Positions 9,801-17,972 of a stretch of DNA of 32,000 bases are shown here, in pieces. A program made the translations under genes and the position numbers. Source of the stretch: Edaphobacter aggregans (GTDB taxonomy: Bacteria; Acidobacteriota; Terriglobia; Terriglobales; Acidobacteriaceae); NCBI RefSeq assembly GCF_003945235.1, contig NZ_RSDW01000001.1:6060001-6092000 (forward strand), written 5' to 3'. The number at the start of each line of letters is the position of its first letter. The stretch's first letter is position 1. The notes under the pieces were generated by a model. That model was not told the DNA's origin. It did no database searches and worked only from the letters and a program-made list of their open reading frames with translations.

Positions 9801-10613
9801 ACCACCACGTACCAGGCCTCTATCTCGATATCCACACTGCCGGCAGGCTTGGACTCGATCGTTGCCACCTATAGCGGTGACGTCAATTATGTCTCTTCTA
9901 CAGGTACGTTGGGCGTGACCATCACACCCATGACCTTTTCTCTGACCCCTGCAGTCGCCACGGTAACGGTATCTGCAGGGCAGACCATAACGACTCCGCT
10001 TCAGGTGGCTTCGCTCTCCGGCTTCCAGGGCTTCGTCGGTCTAAGCTGCACCGGCCTGCCGGCGAACGTGACGTGCGGGTTCAGTCCAAACAACTTCGTT
10101 CTGCAGCCGGACAACCTGATCACCGCAGAGCAGGATAAGAACGGAGTGACCGTCGTACCAGCAACCTATGGCCCGATGAACATCACCCTCAGCGTCATTA
10201 CGGGCACAACGCCCGTCGTGCCGCAACCGCCAGTCGGTGCCTTGAAGCTTCCTCTGTTTGGGAAGAAGGTTCCGGTCAGTCTGGCGTTTCTGATGCTCTC
10301 GCCCATCGCACTCGCAGTGCGCCGCCACCGCGCATTGAAGCACTTACGCGGATCGCTCAGCCTGTGTCTGGCCTTGCTCGCATTGTTCGGCAGCATAACC
10401 ATGTTTACCGGCTGCGGTTCGAACCTGGTCGGTGTAACGCCGCAGGGAACCTACACCGTAACGATACGGGCAGTGAGCTCGGCGACGGCTACCTACAAGG
10501 GCTCTTTCGCCCCGGGATGCAGTAACTCTCCCGCTGGCTCAGTTGATTCCTCTGGAGCTCCAACGGTCACCTGTGAGCAGGACACACAGTTGAGTCTCTC
10601 GGTGAAGCAATGA
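6819..10613 (+). CDS. Giant secreted double NHL-type beta-propeller / Ig-like-domain protein
   Basis: It has a signal peptide (FAALGVFAFIAAMLVLCGSVSARAQT). There are two sets of six blades, e.g. LNPQGIAVDSAQNVYIADAAANAVFMY, VGPTSVALDNSGNLYIADSGNGRVVQV and SHPSGLATDASGSLYVADSGNGLLLKI. Ig-like domains follow (AVAFSIDGGQAKNVQLSGNTAHITLTNLTGGSHVISASYSGD). The C-terminal helix, RRHR, helix-GC and tail module matches that of the first giant. Confidence 0.85.
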   Translation: MEPSGITPSHPVPHEERTSFAALGVFAFIAAMLVLCGSVSARAQTIPGAVVYQAKMLVNINGNAGHLAANNLGDAFYVSQTDNVAYWLPRGTTTPVSLVTGLSGGRSVTVDAFNNVYVSSNYSGRVIEVPYVNGTYATGTANSSGLPNCTGAPTGPCLAFGNGGGPTGGYLQTGDIGFDRPTTGAPNAYVIDERDNVCNQGSAATTCNRILKFTPAGSGAYTATVVVTGLPQTNNGQIAVGPNGDIYYADGSKVYYIAAGTTSAVTIGTGLTNPTGVTTDYYGNLYITNASTPNAILEMPAVNGVAQPNQQFTFLSTYSANGIAFDGLGDVYYTGYSGQTNLNVAKINAFSLGSAAIGTPVSASVTTLTVQFNTSVNVAAITPSGAAGFSYVAGTCTPGAYTAGNTCNFNVNYTPTAAGLQKGAVNFTTATGSNIVVASLSGTGMGVVQTSDPGTISTIGSGLLNPQGIAVDSAQNVYIADAAANAVFMYPAGSSTGTSIGSGLVGPTSVALDNSGNLYIADSGNGRVVQVPNIAGTLTTSAQTVIMSGLGTALGIATDQNSNLYIADSTNNEVLQLGAVAGIPSSSATRQMGLSSTTYKSIFTAPIAVTTDGGGNLFVADTLANTVTEITYYGQQTLNIGTGYSHPSGLATDASGSLYVADSGNGLLLKIPFESPIFNTNDEYVVGGAIIAPYGVALDRLANLYVVDSANAGAYAINRAQGTLPLGRGNINATTSQLKGYIGNAGNQPLILGNPGYVATGDTTVFTITSPPTTGCVNSATITSGFACSLSASFSPTVVGNYSELLSFTSNASNTATPSLTLTGTGLNQSVTTIALAQTSPSGTAPFGQAVTITATISSTKAGTPTGAVAFSIDGGQAKNVQLSGNTAHITLTNLTGGSHVISASYSGDLLFAPSNTVLTVVVAQASSTTVMTTTGGNHNPDSARPGTALTLIGTITPGASTVPTGQVTFTLNGKALAAPATVAPVTTVTAGVTTTTYQASISISTLPAGLDSIVATYSGDVNYVSSTGTLGVTITPMTFSLTPAVATVTVSAGQTITTPLQVASLSGFQGFVGLSCTGLPANVTCGFSPNNFVLQPDNLITAEQDKNGVTVVPATYGPMNITLSVITGTTPVVPQPPVGALKLPLFGKKVPVSLAFLMLSPIALAVRRHRALKHLRGSLSLCLALLALFGSITMFTGCGSNLVGVTPQGTYTVTIRAVSSATATYKGSFAPGCSNSPAGSVDSSGAPTVTCEQDTQLSLSVKQ

Positions 10614-10714
10614 GGAGTCCTTTGAAATCTGCACTCCACAACCGTATTCATTCCAACCCCGCCGGAAGACTACCCGGTGGGAAACAGGAACCCTCACAGA
10701 TAGGTGATCTCCCG

Positions 10715-13700
10715 ATGAAGAACTACCTTCGTATCTTGTCCTTCTGCATGGCGCTTTTGGCGACCCTGTTCCTCTATCAGCCGACGTCATCCTGGGCCCA
10801 GACGACGAGCGCATCGCTCAGTGGTGTCGTTTCCGATACGACGGGAGCTCTCATCCCACAGGCCAACGTGATACTTCGTAACACGAAGAGTCATGATCTT
10901 CGTCACACGACCAGCAGCGGTGCGGGCATCTTCCGATTCAATGCGGTACCTGCTGGTACGTATAGCGTCACGATCAGCATGAAAGGCTTCCAGACACTGG
11001 TGACGCGCGATATCGAGCTTCATCCAAACGATAACGTCAGCATGTCTGAGCTGCACATGAAGGTTGGTGCTGAAGATGTGAGCGTGACGGTGGAAGCGAA
11101 TACCGATATCGCGACTAACGGCGAGCGCAGCTCGTTGATCACGGCCAAGGATATTCAGAAACTTTCGACTGTTGGCCGCGACGTCTCCGAACTGCTGCGC
11201 ACGCAGGCGGGTTTCGCTGTCGTTCAGAATGGCCTGGACAACGCGAGTTCCAGTTCGGCGGAAGTTGCCGGCACCTATTCCGGTCTATCGAACTACGTTG
11301 GCAACGGAGCAACGGCCAACGGTGCAAGCATTATTTCGGATGGCGCCAATGTTACCGATCCCGGTAGCGGCGCTGGCCAGACTCAGACCGTCAACATGGA
11401 CTTTGTCCAGGAAGTAAAAATCGAGACCTCCAACTTCGGTGCTGATACGGCCAAGGGGCCGACCGTCATCACGGCAGTAGGGAAGTCAGGTGGTCAGGCA
11501 TTCCACGGTAATCTTCGCGCCTATGCGCGGACCTACCAGCTCAACGCGCAGGACTGGTTTCAGAAATTCCAGAACTTCGGCACCATCAAGGATCACTACA
11601 TTTATCCCGGCGTTGAGATCGGCGGCCCGGTTCTATTTCCACACAGCGATTTCAATAAGAATCGCAAGTTGACGTTCGAGTTTGGAGCTGAAGACTACGT
11701 TCAGCGCAACGTCTACGCTTACGGCAGCTTACCGAAGAGTCTTCTGGAGGGCTTGGTTCCCACCAAGGCCATGCTCAACGGCGACTTTTCTCAGCAAGCC
11801 CTTGCAGATTACCTGGGAGTACATGTCGAGGACATTTACGGTACGGGCAACTACGGCGCAGGTTGCACACCCAATGGTCTGCTGTCCACCTATTACCATA
11901 TTTGTGCCTCGCCGAGCAGCAACGGTGGGCACTTAGGCCCGATCGATCCCGGCGTCTCCGCCATTCTAAGGGCATACTATGAGCCAGGCTGCACAGGAGA
12001 CCTCAGCACCTGCCCAGGTCCCGGACCGACAAAGAACTTCTACAACACACAAACCCTGAATTTGGAAAACCCGGACAGCTACCAGATCCGTTACCGTCTC
12101 GACTACAGCATCAACGACAATAACAAGCTGTTTTTCGTCTATAACGGTCAGTTCGGAACGACATCGCATATTCCGGAGTCGATATATTATTCGCCGGGAA
12201 CAAGCGGTCAGGCATATCTTGGCGGAGCCGACACTCCGGGAAAGATTAATGCCAAATCATCTTCCCACCTTGGCAGCGTCAACTACACCCACGTCATTAG
12301 TTCGAAGATGACGAATGAGATATTTGCGGGTCTCTCAGCCGTAAAGAATTCCTATGCTTCCGGTAATCAAAGCTTACTGAGCAAAAGCACATGGGGCTAT
12401 CCGTATCAGGGGATTTATCCAAAGGCAACCAGTCAATTGCCTCAGATAGCCACGTACTCGGCGGGTGATGCAATCCTTCCCTTTGCCATTACCCCGGATT
12501 TCAGCGCCGGGCCATATCTGTCGACAAAGTTCCTGCCGTCCGGTGGCGATAACTTCTCCTACGTCCTCCGCGCCCATACGCTGAAATTTGGCGTTTACGC
12601 CGAACGCGACACGGCCAATCAGACAGATCTCAGCCCAATGACCAATGGCCAGATATCGAACTATTACATGAATAATAGCAACGGTACTTGCGACCCCAGT
12701 TCGTTCCTCCGCGGAGGCGGTGCAAGCTGCGGTGAGAACTATTTGGCGGACTTCTTCGCTGGCTACGTTGGCACCTTTACGCAGCAAAACTTCAATGCGA
12801 AGACCGACCTCTATTATTGGACAGCATCCTGGTATGCGACGGACAGCTATAAGCTAACCAAAAAACTGACGCTCGACTTCGGTGTACGCTTCGATCACCT
12901 TGGTCCCTGGCAGGACAAGCATGGATTGGGAATGGCGACCTTCTTCCCCAATCTGTACGCTACAGACGCCAAGAACACCACCAATCCGGATGGAAGCCTG
13001 TTCGAGCCGGGCGTTCGATGGCACGGCGGAAATCATGCCACAAACAACAATGCAGGCTTCGCAGGCGTACCGAACTCAGGTGTTCCTTCCCGTTGGGCTT
13101 TCGTATCACCGCGCGCAGGTTTTGCATTGGATGCCTGGGGCACAGGAACTACGATCATCCGCGGTGGCTGGGGCATGTATCGCGCCCATGACTCCTGGAA
13201 TGACTTCACCGGGCCGGCAGCCACTGCTCAGGGCCTTGTAACGTCAACCGTGGGAGGCAGCCCAACTCAGGGCTCAGTTTCACTTGCGCAAGTCGACCAA
13301 ACAGGCCCGGGCTTCCGCTGCGATTTCAGCCAGCAAAACGGCTGCCCTAGCATCATGCTTCTGGATCCGAGCGACAACCAACAACCTCTGACGCAGACCT
13401 ACAGCTTCTCGGTGTCTCAGAGATTTCCTTTCGACTCTGTCTTCGATATCGCTTATGTCGGCAACCAGAGCAAAGATCTCCTTACCGACAACGCTTCGAC
13501 CAACGCCGTGCAAGCCCAGGATCTGCGGGACGTCAATGCCATTCCGATTGGTTCCTTCTTCAAACCGGATCCAAACCCAGCCTCGTCGCTGTTCGGCCAG
13601 GTTCCAAATTTGGCAAGCTTCCAGCAAGTCCAGCAGAACGACTACCGCAAATACCCAAACTACAGCCACATGGGCATGCCGCGCCATATCGCTTATGCCA

Positions 13701-14602
13701 ACTACAACGCGCTCCAAGCGAACTGGAACCGGCAGAGAGGCCGTCTGAACTATGGTCTGAACTATACGTTCAGCAAAGCGCTCGGCGTCCGCGGCGCGTT
13801 CAACAATGGCATGGCCGGCGATCCAACAAACCTGCGGGCAAATTATGGTCCCCTTGCCTTTGACCGTACCAGCATCATTGGCGCCAGTTACTCCTACGAT
13901 ATGGGCGAGCGGTTCCATTCCGGCAACCGATTCCTGCGTGGCCTGGCTAACTTCTGGATGGTTTCGGGTATCACGAACTGGCAGAGTGGACCGAATCTTC
14001 AGGCTGTCTATGCCCCAAACTTCAACCTCCAGGGTTATGCGAATAGCTCATACGGTGGTAACCGTTGTGCGGTTGGTGTGGCATCGAATCTAACGACCGC
14101 ATGCCAAATCAGCAACACTATGTTGTTAGGCACTACAGATGTAATGTTGCAGCCGGTAATTCGCCCTGGCACAGGCTGTCTGGGTGGTAATCCCACTGGT
14201 GGACTACAGAAAAATCAGTTCATCAACGGCAACTGCTTCGGCCTGGGACCTCAGGGCGTAAACGGCCCAACGAGCCTCGGTTATATTCATGGACCAGCGT
14301 TCTTCAACAGCGATCTGACGTTGCAGAAGACTTTTCCTTTGAAGGAGAGTCGGAATATACAGCTCCGTCTTGCGGGTTTCAATTTTCTGAATCACCCGCT
14401 GACCAGCTTCAGCTCGCGCTACCCGAGAGAAGCCAACTTGCAGTTCTATGATCCGGATAATGTCGGATTTTCAGGAGTGCAATTGGTCAATAGCGCCAAC
14501 CCCAACGGGAGCTGTAGCGATGCTGGATCGCAATGCTTCGGCTATGCTGGATATAAGACGGGCCGACGCGTAGTGGAGATCATGGCGAGGTATACCTTCT
14601 GA
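10715..14602 (+). CDS. Oar-like TonB-dependent transporter: CarboxypepD_reg domain, degenerate plug and large beta-barrel
   Basis: I place the start at ATG 10715, which is preceded by AGGTGA (10702-10707) and gives the signal peptide MKNYLRILSFCMALLATLFLYQPTSSWAQT. The N-terminal domain reads LSGVVSDTTGALIPQANVILRN...GIFRFNAVPAGTYSVTISMKGFQ. A plug-like segment reads LITAKDIQKLSTVGRDVSELLRTQAGF. The protein ends in an aromatic residue (...MARYTF), typical of outer-membrane barrels. Confidence 0.85.
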   Translation: MKNYLRILSFCMALLATLFLYQPTSSWAQTTSASLSGVVSDTTGALIPQANVILRNTKSHDLRHTTSSGAGIFRFNAVPAGTYSVTISMKGFQTLVTRDIELHPNDNVSMSELHMKVGAEDVSVTVEANTDIATNGERSSLITAKDIQKLSTVGRDVSELLRTQAGFAVVQNGLDNASSSSAEVAGTYSGLSNYVGNGATANGASIISDGANVTDPGSGAGQTQTVNMDFVQEVKIETSNFGADTAKGPTVITAVGKSGGQAFHGNLRAYARTYQLNAQDWFQKFQNFGTIKDHYIYPGVEIGGPVLFPHSDFNKNRKLTFEFGAEDYVQRNVYAYGSLPKSLLEGLVPTKAMLNGDFSQQALADYLGVHVEDIYGTGNYGAGCTPNGLLSTYYHICASPSSNGGHLGPIDPGVSAILRAYYEPGCTGDLSTCPGPGPTKNFYNTQTLNLENPDSYQIRYRLDYSINDNNKLFFVYNGQFGTTSHIPESIYYSPGTSGQAYLGGADTPGKINAKSSSHLGSVNYTHVISSKMTNEIFAGLSAVKNSYASGNQSLLSKSTWGYPYQGIYPKATSQLPQIATYSAGDAILPFAITPDFSAGPYLSTKFLPSGGDNFSYVLRAHTLKFGVYAERDTANQTDLSPMTNGQISNYYMNNSNGTCDPSSFLRGGGASCGENYLADFFAGYVGTFTQQNFNAKTDLYYWTASWYATDSYKLTKKLTLDFGVRFDHLGPWQDKHGLGMATFFPNLYATDAKNTTNPDGSLFEPGVRWHGGNHATNNNAGFAGVPNSGVPSRWAFVSPRAGFALDAWGTGTTIIRGGWGMYRAHDSWNDFTGPAATAQGLVTSTVGGSPTQGSVSLAQVDQTGPGFRCDFSQQNGCPSIMLLDPSDNQQPLTQTYSFSVSQRFPFDSVFDIAYVGNQSKDLLTDNASTNAVQAQDLRDVNAIPIGSFFKPDPNPASSLFGQVPNLASFQQVQQNDYRKYPNYSHMGMPRHIAYANYNALQANWNRQRGRLNYGLNYTFSKALGVRGAFNNGMAGDPTNLRANYGPLAFDRTSIIGASYSYDMGERFHSGNRFLRGLANFWMVSGITNWQSGPNLQAVYAPNFNLQGYANSSYGGNRCAVGVASNLTTACQISNTMLLGTTDVMLQPVIRPGTGCLGGNPTGGLQKNQFINGNCFGLGPQGVNGPTSLGYIHGPAFFNSDLTLQKTFPLKESRNIQLRLAGFNFLNHPLTSFSSRYPREANLQFYDPDNVGFSGVQLVNSANPNGSCSDAGSQCFGYAGYKTGRRVVEIMARYTF

Positions 14603-14710
14603 CCTGTTAGCAGGGAAGAAGGTATGCATTTTCTCTGTCGCCTGATCTTGGTATAGAAACTGCCGAGATCAGGCGCGACGAGAGGGCTCTGACGTGGTCT
14701 TGCGTTTACA

Positions 14711-14748
14711 AAATTCGTAGCCCGCAATGGGTGCGGATCTACGAATTT
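14711..14748. promoter_or_regulatory. Strong palindromic hairpin between the barrel gene and the ROK gene (terminator or operator)
   Basis: AAATTCGTAG-C-CCGCA-ATGGG-TGCGG-AT-CTACGAATTT gives 10-bp outer arms plus 5-bp inner arms. It lies 109 nt after the stop at 14602 and 100 nt before the ATG at 14848. Confidence 0.35.
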
Positions 14749-14847
14749 CTACTCTTCGGCATTTTGCGAAAGTATGAAATGCCGCTTCGCGATCACGGCC
14801 AAGCATGATGCATGTGCAAAGTTCAGATGGCGTAACATGAACCTCAA

Positions 14848-16140
14848 ATGAGGATACAAGCGTTGCTTTCAGGACAAAACGGTTTGCCGCACCCGGAAAG
14901 AGTGCTTGGGGTCAGACGGATTGACCTCTCCTCTGCGCAACTCGCCTCCAGCGAAAATGCGCGCGACATCAATAGAGACATCGTTCTGGAGTTGATCCGT
15001 TTCAGACAACCGGTATCACGCGTGGAACTCGCGCGGTTTTCGGGATTGCAGCCAAGCACAATCTCAATCATCGTTGAGCAGCTTATCTCCGAGCGGTGGG
15101 TGCGCGAGGGAGCAGTCGTTCGCCGTTCGCGCGGCCGCCCTTCAACCATGCTGGAAGTAAATGATTTTCTCGTGACGTTTGCTCTCGACATTCGTCCCGA
15201 CCGCGCTATCCTTGCCGTCGTTGATCTCACTGGCAGGTTTCTTTCTCGCGAAACGGTCATGACCGTATCCGATCCGGAGCTCGCGCTCAAGCACATCATC
15301 GAGAAGATGCGGCTGTTGCAGGATCGGCATGTCGACAAATCCTTTGAGGGAATTGGCGTAAGTGTTCCGGGTCGAGTTCATCCAGAGACTCAGCGCCTTC
15401 TTCTGGCGCCCAATCTTCATTGGCAAGGCTTCGACATCAAGTCTGCTCTGGAAGAAGGATTGAATCTGCAGGTGGAGATTGATAATGACGCCAATGCCTG
15501 CTTGTTATCCGAAGCCTGGTCCGGTCGGCTGGCAGGCGTTTCCAATGCGGTTCTTGTCGCGGTCTCCGAAGGCATCGGCACGGCGATTCTCTCCGGTGGG
15601 CAACTGCATTCGGGGTACAACGGGCTCGCCGGTGAGTTCGGGCATATTCCGATTGATTTGGCAGGTCCAGTATGTGGCTGCGGCCAGCGAGGTTGCTGGG
15701 AGATGGCTGGATCGTCGCGCGCCGCACTGCAGTCTTATCGTGAACTCTCTCCGGACAATCCCTCAATCGATATCTACGGCCTGCTGCGGCTCGCTGAAGA
15801 GAATGACCCGATTGCGATTGAGGCAGTCACTCGTCAGGCTCATGCCATCGGTCGCGGCCTTCGTCTTATCACCGCAGCTCTTTCACCCGAACTCATCTTG
15901 ATCACTGGCGAAATCACGTCCGTATGGCCGCGATTTGGATCGATCATTCAGCGCGAGTTGGAGCTTGCGGTGCTGGCCGGTCCTCCACCACGATTGGAGA
16001 CGGCTGGTGACGGCGAATCGGCTCGACTCCGCGGTGCTGCTGCCATTTTGTTGCAGCAGCATGCAAGCTACCACCGCTCAACGCACTATCCGCGAAATGA
16101 GCGTCGTCTACCGTCTGACGCCATTCCCGTATTGCGCTAA
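14848..16140 (+). CDS. ROK-family transcriptional regulator (NagC/Mlc/XylR-like)
   Basis: The N-terminal winged HTH reads NRDIVLELIRFRQPVSRVELARFSGLQPSTISIIVEQLISERWV. ROK signatures are DNDANACLLSEAW and GEFGHIPIDLAGPVCGCGQRGCWE (the Zn-binding Cys cluster). Confidence 0.9.
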   Translation: MRIQALLSGQNGLPHPERVLGVRRIDLSSAQLASSENARDINRDIVLELIRFRQPVSRVELARFSGLQPSTISIIVEQLISERWVREGAVVRRSRGRPSTMLEVNDFLVTFALDIRPDRAILAVVDLTGRFLSRETVMTVSDPELALKHIIEKMRLLQDRHVDKSFEGIGVSVPGRVHPETQRLLLAPNLHWQGFDIKSALEEGLNLQVEIDNDANACLLSEAWSGRLAGVSNAVLVAVSEGIGTAILSGGQLHSGYNGLAGEFGHIPIDLAGPVCGCGQRGCWEMAGSSRAALQSYRELSPDNPSIDIYGLLRLAEENDPIAIEAVTRQAHAIGRGLRLITAALSPELILITGEITSVWPRFGSIIQRELELAVLAGPPPRLETAGDGESARLRGAAAILLQQHASYHRSTHYPRNERRLPSDAIPVLR

Positions 16141-16161
16141 GCGAGCCACATGTCTTCGGCT

Positions 16162-16674
16162 TTATCGGCTTCCGCACCCAGCCCGATAGACTCTCGGTTT
16201 CTTCCACTCATCGTCCGTTGCGAAGATAATGCACGTTTGCCCAGTATCCGTATTGAGCCGCCAGGTGATATTTCCTTGCCGAAAGAGCTGATACTTTCCT
16301 GTCCCGGCAAACACCATTCCATTCGGCGGATTCGGGCTGATTGTATCGCCTGCCGGAGCCGCCCCCTGCGCCAGCTGTCCTGCCTGTGTGACCTGCGAAC
16401 CCGCCGCAGCTTCGGCCGGCGTGGTCGGAGTCATAGGAGCTCCCTGAGGAGTCTGCGCAGGATATCCGGCCGCTGCTCCATCCGCCGCCCTCGGAGGTAC
16501 CGATACCGTCACCTTCGCGCCTGAACCAGAATTTTCCCCGATCTTCTCTCCCGTATCTCTCGAAAACACATCCCCCGTCCCCCCTGCCCGCCGTGCGTCG
16601 TACGAGTGGTATCCGATGTAGGCGAAACCCACCAGCACCAACGCCATGACGATATAGAGGACGCGTTTTCCCAT
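16162..16674 (-). CDS. Hypothetical membrane-anchored protein: N-terminal TM, Ala/Pro/Gly-rich linker and a small C-terminal domain
   Basis: I place the start at ATG 16674, preceded by AGGAAAGGG. The TM is VLYIVMALVLVGFAYIGY. The C-terminal domain reads GKYQLFRQGNITWRLNTDTGQTCIIFATDDEWKKPRVYRAGC. I recognised no family. Confidence 0.55.
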   Translation of the reverse strand: MGKRVLYIVMALVLVGFAYIGYHSYDARRAGGTGDVFSRDTGEKIGENSGSGAKVTVSVPPRAADGAAAGYPAQTPQGAPMTPTTPAEAAAGSQVTQAGQLAQGAAPAGDTISPNPPNGMVFAGTGKYQLFRQGNITWRLNTDTGQTCIIFATDDEWKKPRVYRAGCGSR

Positions 16675-16892
16675 GATCCCTTTCCTGCCTCGGCCGATCC
16701 GATTCAGGCGTGGCACATCCGCCCCGGAACCCTATCATAAATAACGGCATACAACATGCACCAGCCTCAGCCGTCCTGCCGCTGCTTTGTGCACCTCCAT
16801 CATCTCTCCGTCGGCCACTTCCGGCGCGAGAATCTGAGTTGCGACTCGTTACTATCTCGTCACCAGTGCACTCGTAGGAGTATCATCAACTT

Positions 16893-17867
16893 GTGCCGAA
16901 ATACTCCATCGTCGTGCCGTTCCATAACGAAGAAGACAACGTCACCACCCTTTACGACCGGCTCAAAGCCGTCATGGAGCAGGTCGGCGAGACATTCGAG
17001 CTCGTCTTTGTCGACGACGGCTCACGCGACCGTACCTACCGTCTCCTCGAAGAGATCGCAGCTGTAGATTCGCGTGTCCTCGTCATTAAGCTCCGTCGCA
17101 ACTTCGGCCAGACCTCCGCTCTCGCCGCAGGCTTCGACCACTCCCAGGGCGAGTTCATCCTCGCCATGGACGGCGACCTCCAGCACTCGCCCGACGAGAT
17201 CCCCAACTTCCTTGCCAAGCTCGAAGAGGGTTACGACGTCGTCAGCGGCTGGCGCTCCCAGCGCGGAGACAACTTCCTCCTCCGCCGCATCCCATCCCGC
17301 GCAGCAAACTGGCTCATGGCGGCCTTGAGCGGAGTCAACATCCACGACTTCGGCACCACCTTCAAGGCCTATCGCCGCGAGGTCATCCAAAATATTCCTC
17401 TCTACGGCGAGATGCACCGCTTCATCCCCGCCCTCGCCTCGTGGTACGGCGCCAGTATCTGCGAAATCTCCATCTCGAATCCGGCCCGCGAGTTCGGTAA
17501 GAGCCACTACGGCATCTCCCGCACTTTCCGCGTCTTCTTCGATCTGCTGACCATCCGTTTCCTGCTGAAGTACATGACCCGCCCGCTGCACTTCTTCGGT
17601 AGCATCGGCGCGCTGGGCGTTCTCGCCGGTTCTGGCCTTGCTGCGTGGCTTCTCGTGCTGAAGATCCTCACTGGTCAGCATGTCATGGATATGCACGGCC
17701 CCATCTTTGTGATTGCTGGCATCTGCATTCTCGCCGGCATCCAGATGATGGGTATCGGCCTGCTCGGCGAGCTTCAGGTACGCCACTTCCACACTGCTTC
17801 TCATCGGGCGCCCTACGCCGTCGACCGCATCTTGCGCCTCCGTTCTGAAGAGAGCCTCCTCCACTAA
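16893..17867 (+). CDS. GT2 polyprenyl-phosphate glycosyltransferase (GtrB/ArnC/DPM1-like) with two C-terminal TM helices
   Basis: It has a GTG start. Motifs are KYSIVVPFHNEEDNV, ELVFVDDGSRDRT, RNFGQTSALAAGF, AMDGDLQHSPDEI and GYDVVSGWRSQR. C-terminal helices are FFGSIGALGVLAGSGLAAWLLV and IFVIAGICILAGIQMMGIGLLG. Confidence 0.9.
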   Translation: MPKYSIVVPFHNEEDNVTTLYDRLKAVMEQVGETFELVFVDDGSRDRTYRLLEEIAAVDSRVLVIKLRRNFGQTSALAAGFDHSQGEFILAMDGDLQHSPDEIPNFLAKLEEGYDVVSGWRSQRGDNFLLRRIPSRAANWLMAALSGVNIHDFGTTFKAYRREVIQNIPLYGEMHRFIPALASWYGASICEISISNPAREFGKSHYGISRTFRVFFDLLTIRFLLKYMTRPLHFFGSIGALGVLAGSGLAAWLLVLKILTGQHVMDMHGPIFVIAGICILAGIQMMGIGLLGELQVRHFHTASHRAPYAVDRILRLRSEESLLH

Positions 17868-17972
17868 ATCCTCACCATCGCCAGCCACAACCTCTATCGA
17901 TTCAGGTAGAGTGTTGAACATTGTTCGTTTCCATTCGGGCCAGATCGTCCAATCTGATTTACCGGAGGAAGC

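Noticed and set aside
10610-10714. ATGA stop/start overlap suggesting translational coupling of the giant and the barrel
   Set aside because: The 35 extra N-terminal residues are non-signal-like. The ATG at 10715 has an AGGTGA SD and opens directly into a signal peptide, so the overlap is probably fortuitous.
13280-13918. 212-aa minus-strand ORF inside the Oar-like barrel gene
   Set aside because: It is antisense to a continuous 1295-aa barrel ORF and has no motifs of its own.
16208-16750. 180-aa minus-strand ORF overlapping the small anchored protein, and the 124-aa plus ORF at 16150-16524
   Set aside because: They are Arg/Gly-rich with no TM or motif. The 16162-16674 frame has an SD, a TM helix and a plausible folded C-terminal domain.
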